DNA of 63,751 nt, filler included, from Octopus bimaculoides (Eukaryota): the NCBI RefSeq assembly GCF_001194135.2. It is 7 parts of 7 records of this genome, joined end to end, with 100 filler letters (N's around TTAATTAATTAA, not from the genome) between each part and the next. Parts side by side here need not be neighbours in the genome. Positions count along the whole stretch, not along the records: positions 62,694 to 63,751 come from NW_026347072.1; 6 more parts are not named here. One strand, 5' to 3'. Shown here one piece after another: positions 63,713-63,751 of the stretch; the stretch's first letter is position 1, and each line of letters begins with the position of its first letter. The notes under the pieces were generated by a model. The model ran no database searches and was not told where the DNA came from. It saw only the letters and a program-made list of their open reading frames with translations. Both the position numbers and the translations under genes were made by a program.

Positions 63713-63751
63713 AGGCGCAGGAGTGGCTGTGTGGTAAGTAGCTTGCTTACC
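63713..63751 (+). mobile_element. SINE family B head, cut by the window end
   Basis: aggcgcaggagtggctgtgtggtaagtagcttgcttacc. Confidence 0.8.

Overview
AT-rich, microsatellite-dense, gap-riddled animal scaffold; the SINE repertoire suggests an octopus genome (inference). Two divergent intron-containing genes are partly readable: DNAJC28 on the minus strand (last two coding exons, 18532-23873) and HDAC8 on the plus strand (seven exons, 53881-59579). The HDAC8 exon carrying the Zn-binding DxH motif, its first two exons and its last exon are not visible, nor is the DNAJC28 J-domain. The rest is transposon-derived: several tRNA-derived and RTE-related SINE families, REL-endonuclease (R4/Dong-like) LINE ends, RTE and CR1 LINE pieces, a Penelope GIY-YIG fragment, a Helitron N-terminus, a near full-length decayed mariner, maT/DD37D-like pieces and MITEs. 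The most interesting signal is three Penelope-type hammerhead ribozyme motifs. One sits in an element whose 5' part is a palindromic back-to-back pair of tRNA-like Pol III heads, and a second copy of the same family carries a perfect 52-bp inverted duplication. Six N44-TTAATTAATTAA-N44 blocks are artificial scaffold joins.
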